DNA from: Histomonas meleagridis 2922-C6/04-290x
Lineage: Eukaryota; Protista; Parabasalia
Direction: 5' to 3'
NCBI GenBank assembly: GCA_020184695.1
Contig: JAANOX010000059.1
Location: 75,803 to 139,802, forward strand
Length of the DNA: 64,000 bases
Below are positions 11,404 through 21,922 of this stretch, one piece after another. Position 1 is the stretch's first letter, and every line of letters begins with the position of its first letter. The notes under the pieces were generated by a model. The model saw only the letters and a list, made by a program, of their open reading frames with translations. It searched no databases and was not told the origin of the DNA. The position numbers and the translations under genes are program-made.

Positions 11404-12036
11404 TTAGTGATAGTGAAACCATAATGGATCTTGGTCAACAAAAAATTGATCTGATATGTATGGAACTTCAACAGGTGAAAGTGTAGCTGTATCATCCGGG
11501 TATGCGTTTTCAACATTAAGGTTGAAAGGATTAAAATCGAATATATCAAGTTTTTCAGTAATTGGAGCTTGCTTAACTTTAACAGGAACTTCTTCTTGTG
11601 TACGAAGCTTGCGTACTGTCCATTGCCTCATTTCAGAAAAGTTATTCTTTAAGAAAGGAAAGATTTTGCCAAGCTCAATTGCAATTTCTGCTGTTGTAGG
11701 AACTAAAACGTATCCTATAGCTTGGATTCCGTTGTTGATAGATGACTTACACTTACCAATGATATATTGAAGCTGTCTTGTGTTGATAACAATATAATCA
11801 TTCATCCAAAAAATGCCACAAACAAGTGATTTTATATTTTGTGTTTCTGGTTCTTTTTGTACAAATCCTTTGATCAAATCAAAAACATTTTGAAAGTTAT
11901 CGCAAATTTTTGGATTTTTGGATATAAGAAAAGATCTCATGATGCTTTTTTGAAGATTAACGTAATCAATTTGATCTGCTTGACAGAGTTGCTCGAAGAA
12001 CTTTGGATATGACTTGATTTGTGTTCTCTTCAACAT
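11404..12036 (-). CDS. Initiator-binding-domain (IBD/IBP39-family) transcription factor
   Basis: LVCGIFW...INTRQLQYIIGKCKSSINNGIQAIGY is the IBD signature; Inr TCATTTT just upstream of ATG 12036. Confidence 0.82.
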   Translation of the reverse strand: MLKRTQIKSYPKFFEQLCQADQIDYVNLQKSIMRSFLISKNPKICDNFQNVFDLIKGFVQKEPETQNIKSLVCGIFWMNDYIVINTRQLQYIIGKCKSSINNGIQAIGYVLVPTTAEIAIELGKIFPFLKNNFSEMRQWTVRKLRTQEEVPVKVKQAPITEKLDIFDFNPFNLNVENAYPDDTATLSPVEVPYISDQFFVDQDPLWFHYH

Positions 12037-13587
12037 TTGGGAAAATGAATAGATAATCAAAAAACAGCAAAACCATACAAAAAGTTCATTGAAAGATTTT
12101 GAACGGCAAATAGTGACTTGCTCCATTCAATTTCCGGTTGGTGAAAAATTTGGTGACATGTTAAGGGTATTTTATTCTTATGAAATAAGACGCTCAAAAA
12201 GTGAATTTGAATGGTTTATATTTAACCACTATCAAATTAGTGATTTGTTGGTTGCCACTAAATCAAAAAGCCGCAGTTGGAATTACGCCAAATAAAATAA
12301 AATCAATTAAGTTTTCTGGTTTTTGTTGATAACAAAATTTTCGGCAAAAATTTTTTTATGTTCTGATTTTTTTATCATTAAGTCACTAAGGGTTTGCTTT
12401 TGATTTTAATATTATTTTAAACAGAATTAATATCTCAACTTTTGCATGAGATTATATATATGAATATAAAATAATTTTTTTCTAACATTGTACAAGCACT
12501 TTAAGAGATAAAAAAATCACCAAAGCAAATGTAAAGCAGATGAAAATTAAAAAATGTAATTTAGTTTTATTTGATTTCAATTTCAATTTCAAGTATCTAT
12601 CTTTGTTTTCTCTTTATGTAAGGACTTGTAAATAAATATATCTTTTATGCAGGTTTTACTTTCTAATAATTTACAAATGATATTTTGAAAGTTTCATATT
12701 ATTTGTTCACTTATGAATGAGAATTATAGCTTTTATGTAACTAAGTAGTGCGTCTAATTATTCCTAAATCATTTACCAATTTTTCATAAAAAAAAAATTC
12801 ATGATAAAATTCAATATATCTAAAAGTCTATAAATGAGTATGTATCTTAAGTGCGTTTTTGTCTCAAAAATTATTAGTTTTAAAATTTTGTTCTGATAAA
12901 AAAGATTTTTCTTTTAATTATTTACTTTTTCGATTTCAGTTTAATGTTTTCGAAAAACGCATCGCTTACCAAATGATTTAATCTAGGTATAATGTTAAGT
13001 TTAGCTTTAAAAATAATTATTTTCTCATGGTCACAAAAAAGTATTATTTATTTAAATTTTTGCTATTTCTCCATTCCCAACAACCAACATACTTCCGTCC
13101 AATGCGACATCTAAATGAAATTTGAAAATAAAAAAAAAAAATTATAATAAAATGCACTCATTCTAAAAAGCAGACATCATAAAAAAGTATTCACTAAGCA
13201 GAACTGCATTAGTATTCGTTTTTCATTATCATTGCTGAATACTTAAAAAAAATGAAAATTAATATTAAAAAAACCACTTAATTTATTCATTTAAAGAAGT
13301 CTTTTCACCAAAATGGAAATATTCAAATCATAAAAGGAACTCAAAAAGATCTTTAACATGGCATTTAAGTCATTTTTCCCAAAATTATCTCAATATTTTT
13401 GACTGTAAGTAGGGTATCTTTCACTTTGCAAAAGGTGGTCGTTTCACAATTGCTTTTTCAGTTAAAAGTTTACAATCAGCTTTTTCAATTAATTCACTTT
13501 TGAAACTGCGATAATGAGGTTGGCCTTATTCAATTCCATTATTCCAATCAAATTTGTGAGAAATGACAGCGTCACATCACTTAACGA

Positions 13588-15495
13588 ATGTGTGCTGTTC
13601 GTCTCCATGTAAAGGTTGTTGAAGGTAAAGACCTTCTCCAAATGGACCTTGGAAAGTCTGATCCATATGTTGTTCTCCGTCTCAAGAGCCAAAAATCATC
13701 TGTCAAGACCAAGGTCATGAAGAATACATTGAACCCAGTCTGGAATGAAGAATTCGACTTAGTCACTGAAAAGCCTGATGATGTTCTCCTTGTTAACATG
13801 TTCGACGAAGATGTTGCTAAGGACGATAAGATGATTGATGAACTTCAATTCAAGGTTTCCGACTTCAAGGTTGGTGCTGATGTTGCTAAGATCACCAAGG
13901 ACTTAACATTGACCAAGAAGAAGGGTAAGGGAAAGAAGGCTGGTAAGCTCACCCTCGAAATCCAAGCTTTCGGTGATGCTCAAAAGCCAAAGAAGGAACA
14001 CAAGAAGGATGACAAGAAGAAAGATGACAAGAAGGATGATAAGAAGAGAGAAAGAAGAGGTTCAAGAAGCAGCAAGAAGGGTGCCCCAACAGGAAACATG
14101 AAGATCTCTGTTGTTTGCCACAGCGCTAGAGGTCTCATTGCTGCTGACCGTAATGGTACATCAGATCCATATCTTGTTTTCAACATCAAAGGCAGTTCCG
14201 AACGTGTTCATACCAAATTCATCGAAAACTCACTTGAACCAGTCTGGAATGAAACAGTTGAAATCAACGGAGTTGACCAAACTAAGGATGCCATCGAAAT
14301 TGTTGTCTTCGACAAGGATAAGAAAGTTGATCTCAAGAAGAACGATCAAATCGGTTATGCAATCATCAAAGTTGCCGAAATCAAGTTCGGTGAACAAGTA
14401 GAAATCCCACTTGTCAAGATGTCAAAGAAGAAGCCAGCTAAGGATTCCAAACCAGGAGATGCAGGTTTTGTTAAGCTTACATTCACAACCGAAAGCGAAG
14501 TCAAGCCACAACTTGCCCTCCACGTCCGTGTTGTTTCTGCTAAAGATCTTAAGGCAGCTGATGCTAATGGCAAATCCGATCCATATGTCATAGTCAAGCT
14601 TGGTAATGAACAAAGAAAGACCAAGCCCATCCAAAACACACTCAGCCCAGTTTGGAACGAAGAAATGCACTTTGTCCCAGTTACACCAGATCAAGAAATC
14701 TCATTCCAAGTTATGGATGAAGATATCTTAAAGGATGACAAACTTGGTAGAGTCGTTGTTAAACTTTCCGATCTTAAGGTTGGTCAAATCCTTGAAAAGG
14801 ATTACAAGCTTGAAGATGTTAAGACAGGTATGATGACAATTGTTCTCCACTTAGCCGATGCTAAGGATACACCATTCGGTGCACACGTTTCTAAGCCAAA
14901 GGAAAAGAAGAAGCACTCCAAGTCACACTGCTCAAACTTCACACTCGGAAGCTACTCATCAAGTTACTCAACAAGCTTCTCTGGCTACACCAACTGCTCA
15001 ACAACACTTTCAGCACTTTCATCAAGTGAAGAAGTTTATCACATCCACAAAGTTTACGAAAAGAAGGAATACAAGATCAAGCCAAAGAACGAATCACTTA
15101 AGGGTGTCATTGTTGGCTGCAACAACCTTATCAAGTCTGATAGCGACGGAAGTGATACCTATGTTACACTTAGACTTCTCGGTAAGGAACACGCTAAGGG
15201 TGAAATGGTTAAGACACAAACTATCCATGACACACAAGACCCAGTCTACAACAAGGAATTCGAATTCAAGAAGGTGAAGAAGGGTGAACAACTCGAAATC
15301 ATTGTCTACCAAGACCACAAGATATTAAAGGACGTACCAATCGGTATCGCTAAGATCGACGTTCGTGATCTCGATGATGGAGAAGCTGAAAAGGTTATCC
15401 AACTTCATAGACCACCTAAATTACCAAAGCTTTTGGAGAAGTTCACTGACTTCGGTGTTCTCAAGATCAGATTAGACCACCATAAGGAATTCTAA
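13588..15495 (+). CDS. Four-C2-domain protein
   Basis: Repeated C2 motifs (SDPYV...KTK...LNPVWNEEF) x4, Lys/Asp-rich and Ser-rich linkers; strong C-ending/AAG codon bias. Confidence 0.93.
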   Translation: MCAVRLHVKVVEGKDLLQMDLGKSDPYVVLRLKSQKSSVKTKVMKNTLNPVWNEEFDLVTEKPDDVLLVNMFDEDVAKDDKMIDELQFKVSDFKVGADVAKITKDLTLTKKKGKGKKAGKLTLEIQAFGDAQKPKKEHKKDDKKKDDKKDDKKRERRGSRSSKKGAPTGNMKISVVCHSARGLIAADRNGTSDPYLVFNIKGSSERVHTKFIENSLEPVWNETVEINGVDQTKDAIEIVVFDKDKKVDLKKNDQIGYAIIKVAEIKFGEQVEIPLVKMSKKKPAKDSKPGDAGFVKLTFTTESEVKPQLALHVRVVSAKDLKAADANGKSDPYVIVKLGNEQRKTKPIQNTLSPVWNEEMHFVPVTPDQEISFQVMDEDILKDDKLGRVVVKLSDLKVGQILEKDYKLEDVKTGMMTIVLHLADAKDTPFGAHVSKPKEKKKHSKSHCSNFTLGSYSSSYSTSFSGYTNCSTTLSALSSSEEVYHIHKVYEKKEYKIKPKNESLKGVIVGCNNLIKSDSDGSDTYVTLRLLGKEHAKGEMVKTQTIHDTQDPVYNKEFEFKKVKKGEQLEIIVYQDHKILKDVPIGIAKIDVRDLDDGEAEKVIQLHRPPKLPKLLEKFTDFGVLKIRLDHHKEF

Positions 15496-15890
15496 ATCGA
15501 AGGAGTAAACACCGCACAACATTAAATTTGATTTTTTTAATGAGTGAATGCAATCGATTTTTATATTGTGTTTACACTAAACGAAGCAGTTTCATTTGGA
15601 TAAAATTTGGCGCTTTTCAAATAATTTCATCTGTTTCAAATGAACATTCATTTGATGCAAATTCACCAACAACAAAATTATATTCACTTTCACCAGAATT
15701 TGTATCTGCAATTTCTATCTCAAATCTTGGAGGATAACCTCTTGGAATTGGTTTTATCTTAAATCTGAAAATACTTTTCATGTTTTTGCTCTTTGATACT
15801 TTTGCGTAAAGTACTTGATTTGAAAAAGGAAATTCAATAGAAAGTGATCCGTTTATTATGAAAAACTTTCATCGTCACATTGAACACATT

Positions 15891-17351
15891 TTATTTCTCT
15901 GTTATTATTGCGAAAAACTCTGCAATTCTTATTCTTACTTCTCTGTAATATGATTGGGATAAAGAACTCAACCTGTGCATCATTCCATGGTCGAGATTAA
16001 ACCTAAGCCTTAGCCAAAACTGAATCGCACATCCAATCACATAACATTGGAATTTTACACTCGTCATTCCAATGTTGCTTGGAATAACGATTAGAAAGTC
16101 CTTAGGGTTGTTCGAGTATTCTAAAATCAGCTTCGATATAACATAACAAAAATCATTTTCTTCAACAGATATCATTTTTTCACTTATTTTTTGTGTGAAT
16201 TCTTTCTTTTCATTTGGTTCTTTAAGAGATTTTAATATGTTACACGCCGCTTTAATTGAGGAAAATGTTTTACAATTGTAAATATCAAAAATCAAATTGT
16301 AAAATGAATTATCATGTGGCATACAATGTATCATTGCCTTCTCAATAGTTGAGAAATCATTTGTTTTTGTAATTGTTGGTAATGATCTTTTAATTATTGA
16401 TTTGAAATTAATGATATTTGCATTGTTATTATAAAGAAGTAGCCCTACTTGTAATGACTTATCATTGTAAGATGATAATTTTTGAATAGTATCATCTTTT
16501 AATTTGGTATTAGGTTCGATTTCTAATATGGAATTTATAGAAATTTTATCGTTTTCTGAACCGTCGAATTGAATGAAACTTTCAAAGCATTCAATTAACT
16601 TTTTCTTTAGAAAGTGACAGTTTTCGGATTTTTGGACAAGTGGAATAAATGAAACACAATGTTTAAGATTTGAAAAATATTTGTCTGCTTGTGAAGCTAA
16701 AATGTATGCTGAATCTTTAGAACTGTTCTTTGATATTAATAGAATGATCTTTGAAAAAAGATAATAATTACTTGTTGGTAATATTGAAATTAAGAGGTCT
16801 GATGTTTCATCATCAATTTCGTGATCTATTTCGAGAAGGATGGATATTCCAGAAAGTCTTAAATTTTGATCATAAATTGCAAGATGACATTGTTTTAAAA
16901 GAATATCAAGAAAAGAATGATCTTTAAGATAGCAAATATAAAGCAAATGAAGAATTAACTTGTGAGTATAAGAATCTGAATATTTCGAAATATGTTGAAG
17001 TTCACTTAAGATTCCCTTTGTTAATGATGGGCTTTCTAACTTGATTAAAAGCTTGATAATTTTTGTTGTAATCTCAGGTCTTTTTAATAAGATTTTGAAA
17101 ATTGATACTGAGTTATCATATTCATAAAAAGGGCTTTGTAGAGAACAAAGGCAAAAATTAATAGCTTCCATTTGAATGGCTGAATTAGAAGAGCAAAGAA
17201 ATTTCAGCATAATTGGAGCAAAATAAAAAGTTTGTGGTTGCAAATCATATTGAAATTTCTTAAGTTTTTCGAATGCAGAGAGGATTTCGTTTGGGTCACT
17301 TGAGTTAAATTCTTGTGTAATAGAAGTTAATTCTGTTTGAAACTTGTTCAT
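15891..17351 (-). CDS. HEAT/ARM-repeat protein, possibly an adaptin large-subunit-like N-terminal region
   Basis: 486 aa helical-repeat-like ORF; family call tentative. Confidence 0.65.
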   Translation of the reverse strand: MNKFQTELTSITQEFNSSDPNEILSAFEKLKKFQYDLQPQTFYFAPIMLKFLCSSNSAIQMEAINFCLCSLQSPFYEYDNSVSIFKILLKRPEITTKIIKLLIKLESPSLTKGILSELQHISKYSDSYTHKLILHLLYICYLKDHSFLDILLKQCHLAIYDQNLRLSGISILLEIDHEIDDETSDLLISILPTSNYYLFSKIILLISKNSSKDSAYILASQADKYFSNLKHCVSFIPLVQKSENCHFLKKKLIECFESFIQFDGSENDKISINSILEIEPNTKLKDDTIQKLSSYNDKSLQVGLLLYNNNANIINFKSIIKRSLPTITKTNDFSTIEKAMIHCMPHDNSFYNLIFDIYNCKTFSSIKAACNILKSLKEPNEKKEFTQKISEKMISVEENDFCYVISKLILEYSNNPKDFLIVIPSNIGMTSVKFQCYVIGCAIQFWLRLRFNLDHGMMHRLSSLSQSYYREVRIRIAEFFAIITEK

Positions 17352-17422
17352 TAACTTCTATTGAGAATAAACAATAGGATTAGATTTTAAACGGTTTTAA
17401 TGACACTTTTTATAATATTGTT

Positions 17423-18658
17423 ATGGAATATGCAGACGGAGGTGATTTATCTCAAAAAATTCGATGTTTTAAAAACAATAGAAAAGAATTCTCAGAAGAT
17501 GAAATTCTTCATAACTTCATCCAACTTGCATTTGCTATTAAGTACATACATGACCGGAAAATCCTTCACCGTGACCTTAAACCACAAAACGTATTTCTTA
17601 TGAAGGATGGAACAATTAAGTTAGGAGACTTTGGGATTGCTCGACCACTTGAAAATACTTATGAATTATGTGCAACAAAATGTGGAACTCCTGGATATTC
17701 ATCACCAGAAGTATTCTCAGGTGAGCCATATGGTTCTAAAGCCGACATATGGTCATTGGGATGTATTCTTTATGAACTTTGTTGTCTCAAGCCTCCATTT
17801 TCTGGTAAAACTTTCGAAGCAATCAATGCGTCAGTGTCGAAAGGCGATTTTGAACCGATTCCATCCATATATAGTCAAGACATACAAAATCTTGTGAAGT
17901 CAATGTTATCTATTAATCCATCAAATCGCCCAAATATCAATGACATCCTTAATTATCCAATCGTTAAGTCAAATCTTGAATTATATGTTGATAAAAGATA
18001 TCTTAATTTCGAAATGAACCATACTGTTATACATGGAAGGAATCCATATGACGCGCCAACAGTTATTCCCAAAGAGATCGATGTTAAAATCACTCTTGTT
18101 GGTGATTTTGCAGTTGGGAAAACTGAAATCATAAGACGTTTTTTTGAAAAGCCGCCAAATAATGGATACCCAATTAATTTTGATAAATATGAAAAATCAG
18201 TTGAAATCAATGGCTTTACAATAAATATTGAGATTTATGACATAAGTGGTTCGAGAGCATTTAAACCTATTGTCCAAGGATCCTGTGAATGTGCGAATAT
18301 AGTAATTATTGTTTTTTCTCTTGGGAATTGGAATGAATATAATGAAAATTCATTTGAAAATGTAAATGAGTTTTATCGAATGACTCTAAGAAATAGAAAA
18401 GGCGCAGTTGTTTGTTTGTGTGGGAATATGAGCGATATTCCTGACGAGCAAAGAAGAATTTCTTTTGAAGAAGGAAGATTAAAAGCGATGGAACTATCAA
18501 ATGAAGTCGAATACTTCGAAACAAGCGCTGTAACTGGAGATGGAATAAATGTAATGTTCGAAGAAATGATAAAAAAGTATTTGGTAAAATTATCAGAAAG
18601 AAAAATGCCAAATAATGATAACGAAAAGCAAAAGGATTCAAAATGTATAATAAGCTGA
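17423..18658 (+). CDS. NEK-like kinase C-lobe fused to a Rab-like GTPase with CaaX
   Basis: MEYADGGDL, HRDLKPQN, DFG, GTPGYSSPE, DIWSLG; then GDFAVGKT, DISG, NMSD, ETSA and C-terminal CIIS. Confidence 0.87.
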   Translation: MEYADGGDLSQKIRCFKNNRKEFSEDEILHNFIQLAFAIKYIHDRKILHRDLKPQNVFLMKDGTIKLGDFGIARPLENTYELCATKCGTPGYSSPEVFSGEPYGSKADIWSLGCILYELCCLKPPFSGKTFEAINASVSKGDFEPIPSIYSQDIQNLVKSMLSINPSNRPNINDILNYPIVKSNLELYVDKRYLNFEMNHTVIHGRNPYDAPTVIPKEIDVKITLVGDFAVGKTEIIRRFFEKPPNNGYPINFDKYEKSVEINGFTINIEIYDISGSRAFKPIVQGSCECANIVIIVFSLGNWNEYNENSFENVNEFYRMTLRNRKGAVVCLCGNMSDIPDEQRRISFEEGRLKAMELSNEVEYFETSAVTGDGINVMFEEMIKKYLVKLSERKMPNNDNEKQKDSKCIIS

Positions 18659-18989
18659 ATTAATAAAAACATTTAAACGATTCTTCTGTTTAAGCAAAAA
18701 TTTGTTACAAAATCACATTCAATTCCAAATTATGTTTTTGTAAAATAAGAAAATAAAAATGTAATAGAGCTGATAATGTTCTTGATGCTTTTATGTATTA
18801 ATTTTATACTAAAAAATACAAGTATTTATTACAAGTAATAAATCAAAAAATCTGGAAATTGAGATTAAAACCCAGCATTTGTTTAATGATAAGGTTTTAA
18901 GATTAAATTATAAATAATAAAGTTTCCGTTTTATAAAATTAAAAAAAAATCTTAATCTTTTTACTTTAGATTGATAGATAAATATATGT

Positions 18990-19660
18990 GTAATTGGGAC
19001 ATTTATTTTGAAGGTTAAAATAATAAAAATAAATATCAGACAAAACAAATAAATATCTCTAGTATCAATATCAATTCCTTTTTGTTCAAGAAGTAATTTA
19101 ACAATTTCTGTATGACCATTTTCAGATGCATAAATAAGTGCTGTGCTTAAATAATTTAAATAATTTTCAAATATTATTTTAAAATCCAAAATTATTAAAT
19201 TAAATTTTAAATAAAACAACTAAATATTTTTAGGATTAACATCAATATCTTTGTAAGTAAAAATAAAAATATTTCATAATTATGATATAAAATACAAAAC
19301 GTTCCTAATTCTTATAAATTAATTTCTTAAAAGTTATTATCATAAAGATATTTAAAGATATCATTTTGATGGAATTCAATTGCTGCTTCATATGCATCTT
19401 TAAATGATGAATGATTTTGTTCACACAAATGAATGATTTCTTCATTTCCGCCTGCAATTGCATATTTACCTGTATCTTCAACGTTTGCTCCATTCATAAG
19501 TAAATATTTGAACAATTAATAGAACCAAAAAATGCTGCATAATCAATTAATGAAATATTATCTTGATTAACAAATGAACATCTTTCATAAAGTGATGGTT
19601 CAATAAATTGATTAAAATCAAAATCATTTTGTGATGATATTTCTTGAATTTACATTTTTA
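18990..19660 (-). pseudogene. DUF3447/ankyrin-repeat gene relic
   Basis: SLIDYAAFFGSINC / KYLLMNGA / KYAIAGGNEEIIHLCEQ then TALIYASENGHTEIVKLLLEQKGIDI; two frameshifts, in-frame TAA codons, AT-rich spacers. Confidence 0.78.
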
Positions 19661-19775
19661 AAAAGATTTTATATATTTTTGATTTGGAAATTAAAAACTC
19701 AGAGAAATTTGATTAAATCATGTATAAAGATATAACGAATCTGAGAGTTTTAACAACTTTTACTTATTATTCATA

Positions 19776-20300
19776 CTACGAAACAGATGTAGTCGAATTT
19801 TGTCGAAGGAAAATTTTTGTTTGCCTTGGCTTTGGCACCATTCCAAGAGAAATATTGGACTTCTTTGTTAAATCAGGCTTTGCATCTATAAGTTTCATCA
19901 GCTTTTGATGGGTTTTCCGAACTTTGCATGTCCAAACTTCGAGTTCTGTTCTTGGAATATTTTCACATAATTTTCGAAAAGCATCATTTAACTCCTTTGC
20001 AATAACGTAAATACATGTTTGTTCGGAATGATATGTCGTTGCATTTTTCCAAATCAAGTTGACATCTTTTTTCCAATCTTCGACTGAAGGGTAATAATTT
20101 TCTTCGAGGCGTGTCATTACTTTTCCAAGGTCCATTGGTTTTTTTATTTTATCAAGATAATCAGGTACATTATCTTTTATTGGATCTACGGGAGCCAAAA
20201 AAAAAACAGAAATTGGAAAATCCATTATTTTGCGAGTGATGTTGATACATGTTCTCTTCTGGACTTTTGTCATCGTTGAAGATGAAGAAGTTCTGTTCAT
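19776..20300 (-). CDS. Single-bromodomain protein
   Basis: FLAPVDP...PDYLDKIKKPMDL...DVNLIWKNATTYH. Confidence 0.92.
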   Translation of the reverse strand: MNRTSSSSTMTKVQKRTCINITRKIMDFPISVFFLAPVDPIKDNVPDYLDKIKKPMDLGKVMTRLEENYYPSVEDWKKDVNLIWKNATTYHSEQTCIYVIAKELNDAFRKLCENIPRTELEVWTCKVRKTHQKLMKLIDAKPDLTKKSNISLGMVPKPRQTKIFLRQNSTTSVS

Positions 20301-20396
20301 TTGGTACCTCTGATTTGGGGCGCCCTTGGTAGCACGAAATTATTGTGCTTTTCTAAGTTGATCAATTAAATGATAATGTGACCAATAATAAACAAA

Positions 20397-20497
20397 AATT
20401 TTTTGGCTCAATGGTAGTTGTTAACCATAAAATGATAGGTATGTGTTCGAGGCTCAAAGGCAGAGGTTCGATTCACTGCATAAAATAAAATTTTTTC
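20397..20497 (+). ncRNA. tRNA-like / Pol III type-2 promoter element
   Basis: Box A TGGCTCAATGGTAG (20404), box B GGTTCGATTC (20465), second B-like GTTCGAG (20445), T6 run downstream; D and anticodon stems do not pair. Confidence 0.3.
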
Positions 20498-20717
20498 ATT
20501 TTTTGGGAGAAAAAAATTTAAAATGTTAAAAATAATCATAATAAAATTTGTTTATGAGAAGAAACGTTATGCTAAATTCATTCCCTTTTATCCCACTAAG
20601 TAAGACTTTGAGAATGTGATAAGAATGAATTGGCAGTGCTTATCACTGTGAAAGACAAAGAAAGAATTAATGTTAGAGATTGAAAATAAATAGCAAAAGA
20701 AGAGCGTGAAACATTTA

Positions 20718-20957
20718 TTATATTTGATTTCTAAATGTATTTGATTTTGTGAATGAATTTGATTTTGTAAATGTGTATGGTTGAGAAAATGCATGAGATA
20801 ATATTGATTGGCAACCATTAATTGTAGATCCCTTAGAAGCACTTAAACTATCAAAGAATGAACCTTGAAATGAATCTGATGCCATAGCAATAGCTGTGGA
20901 TATATTCCGAAAAGCTTCACTATAAATTGTTTTATTCATAGAATGAATAAACAACAT
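20718..20957 (-). pseudogene. Relic of a surface-protein Ser/Thr-rich stalk
   Basis: FTKSNSFTKSNTF repeats of the same type as TNTFTQSNTF in the BspA relic at 39.9 kb. Confidence 0.3.
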
Positions 20958-21159
20958 TCTTTTTATTTACTTTAATATTTTGAAGATTTTTACACGCAAA
21001 AAATACAGCATTCCCAATGTCACTGATTCAGGAATGGTAAAATTTATTAATGAATAACAAGCAAAAAATGCAAAATTTCCAAATGTTATAACTGAATTAG
21101 AAAATACCCACTGTAAAATTTATGAAAGTTAAAACGGATAAATTTATTAATGATATATT

Positions 21160-21855
21160 TCATGATAATACACATTTAACGTCACCGTCTTTAGTGAGGT
21201 CAATTCTTTTAAGTGTTTTCAAGAAACGAAGTGCGACATGAAGAACTCTAACTTTTATTCCGGCGTTAATGATTTCTTGTTTTGTAATAATTTTGTTTGG
21301 TTCGTTTTCTTGTGAATAATTCCATAAAAATTGATGAAGATCTTTTAGCTCATTCAGTCCAACATGACCCATCGTTCGCGTGTCAAGTGTGGAATATTCT
21401 TTATCAGTAATTTCAACGAACTTAGCAACCGGAGCGTTTCGAGAAGAAGACTTTTGTTGATTTGACTTTTTGGGTGTCTGTTTAATTGGTTGTTTGACAG
21501 GAGCTGCCTTAACAGGCGTTAACTGTGGCTCATTGGCATATGTGTGATCATCTTTTGGTGAAAATATAACATTTGGTTTTGGCAAATTTCTTGAATAACA
21601 TGCTTTTTCAATTATTGCAGAAGCAGGGAATAAATTTTCTGTTAAAACCTGGTTTAGCATTTCTTGTGCAAGTGTTAACTTTGTTACATTAGTCTTTAAA
21701 GTTAATAATCTGAATTTTGCATTTCTTAATCTTTGGCATAGCTCAAGAATTTCACGTGATTCTGGCATATTTTCAATTATTTTTTGTTCTATTTTATCAA
21801 TTGAATATTTAGTATCATCGCACGTAACTTTGAGCCTTTCAACTGCAGCTTCCAT
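21160..21855 (-). CDS. SKA2-like kinetochore protein
   Basis: N-terminus MEAAVERLKVTCDDTKYSIDKIEQKI parallels human SKA2 [26 protein letters not shown]; C-terminal EITDKEY...LRFLKTLKRI resembles the Ska winged-helix domain. Confidence 0.6.
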   Translation of the reverse strand: MEAAVERLKVTCDDTKYSIDKIEQKIIENMPESREILELCQRLRNAKFRLLTLKTNVTKLTLAQEMLNQVLTENLFPASAIIEKACYSRNLPKPNVIFSPKDDHTYANEPQLTPVKAAPVKQPIKQTPKKSNQQKSSSRNAPVAKFVEITDKEYSTLDTRTMGHVGLNELKDLHQFLWNYSQENEPNKIITKQEIINAGIKVRVLHVALRFLKTLKRIDLTKDGDVKCVLS

Positions 21856-21922
21856 TTGGAATTTTAAACGCACATTAATAAGAAAACGTTTTAAAACATA
21901 AAAATTTACAGAAAAAACACAT

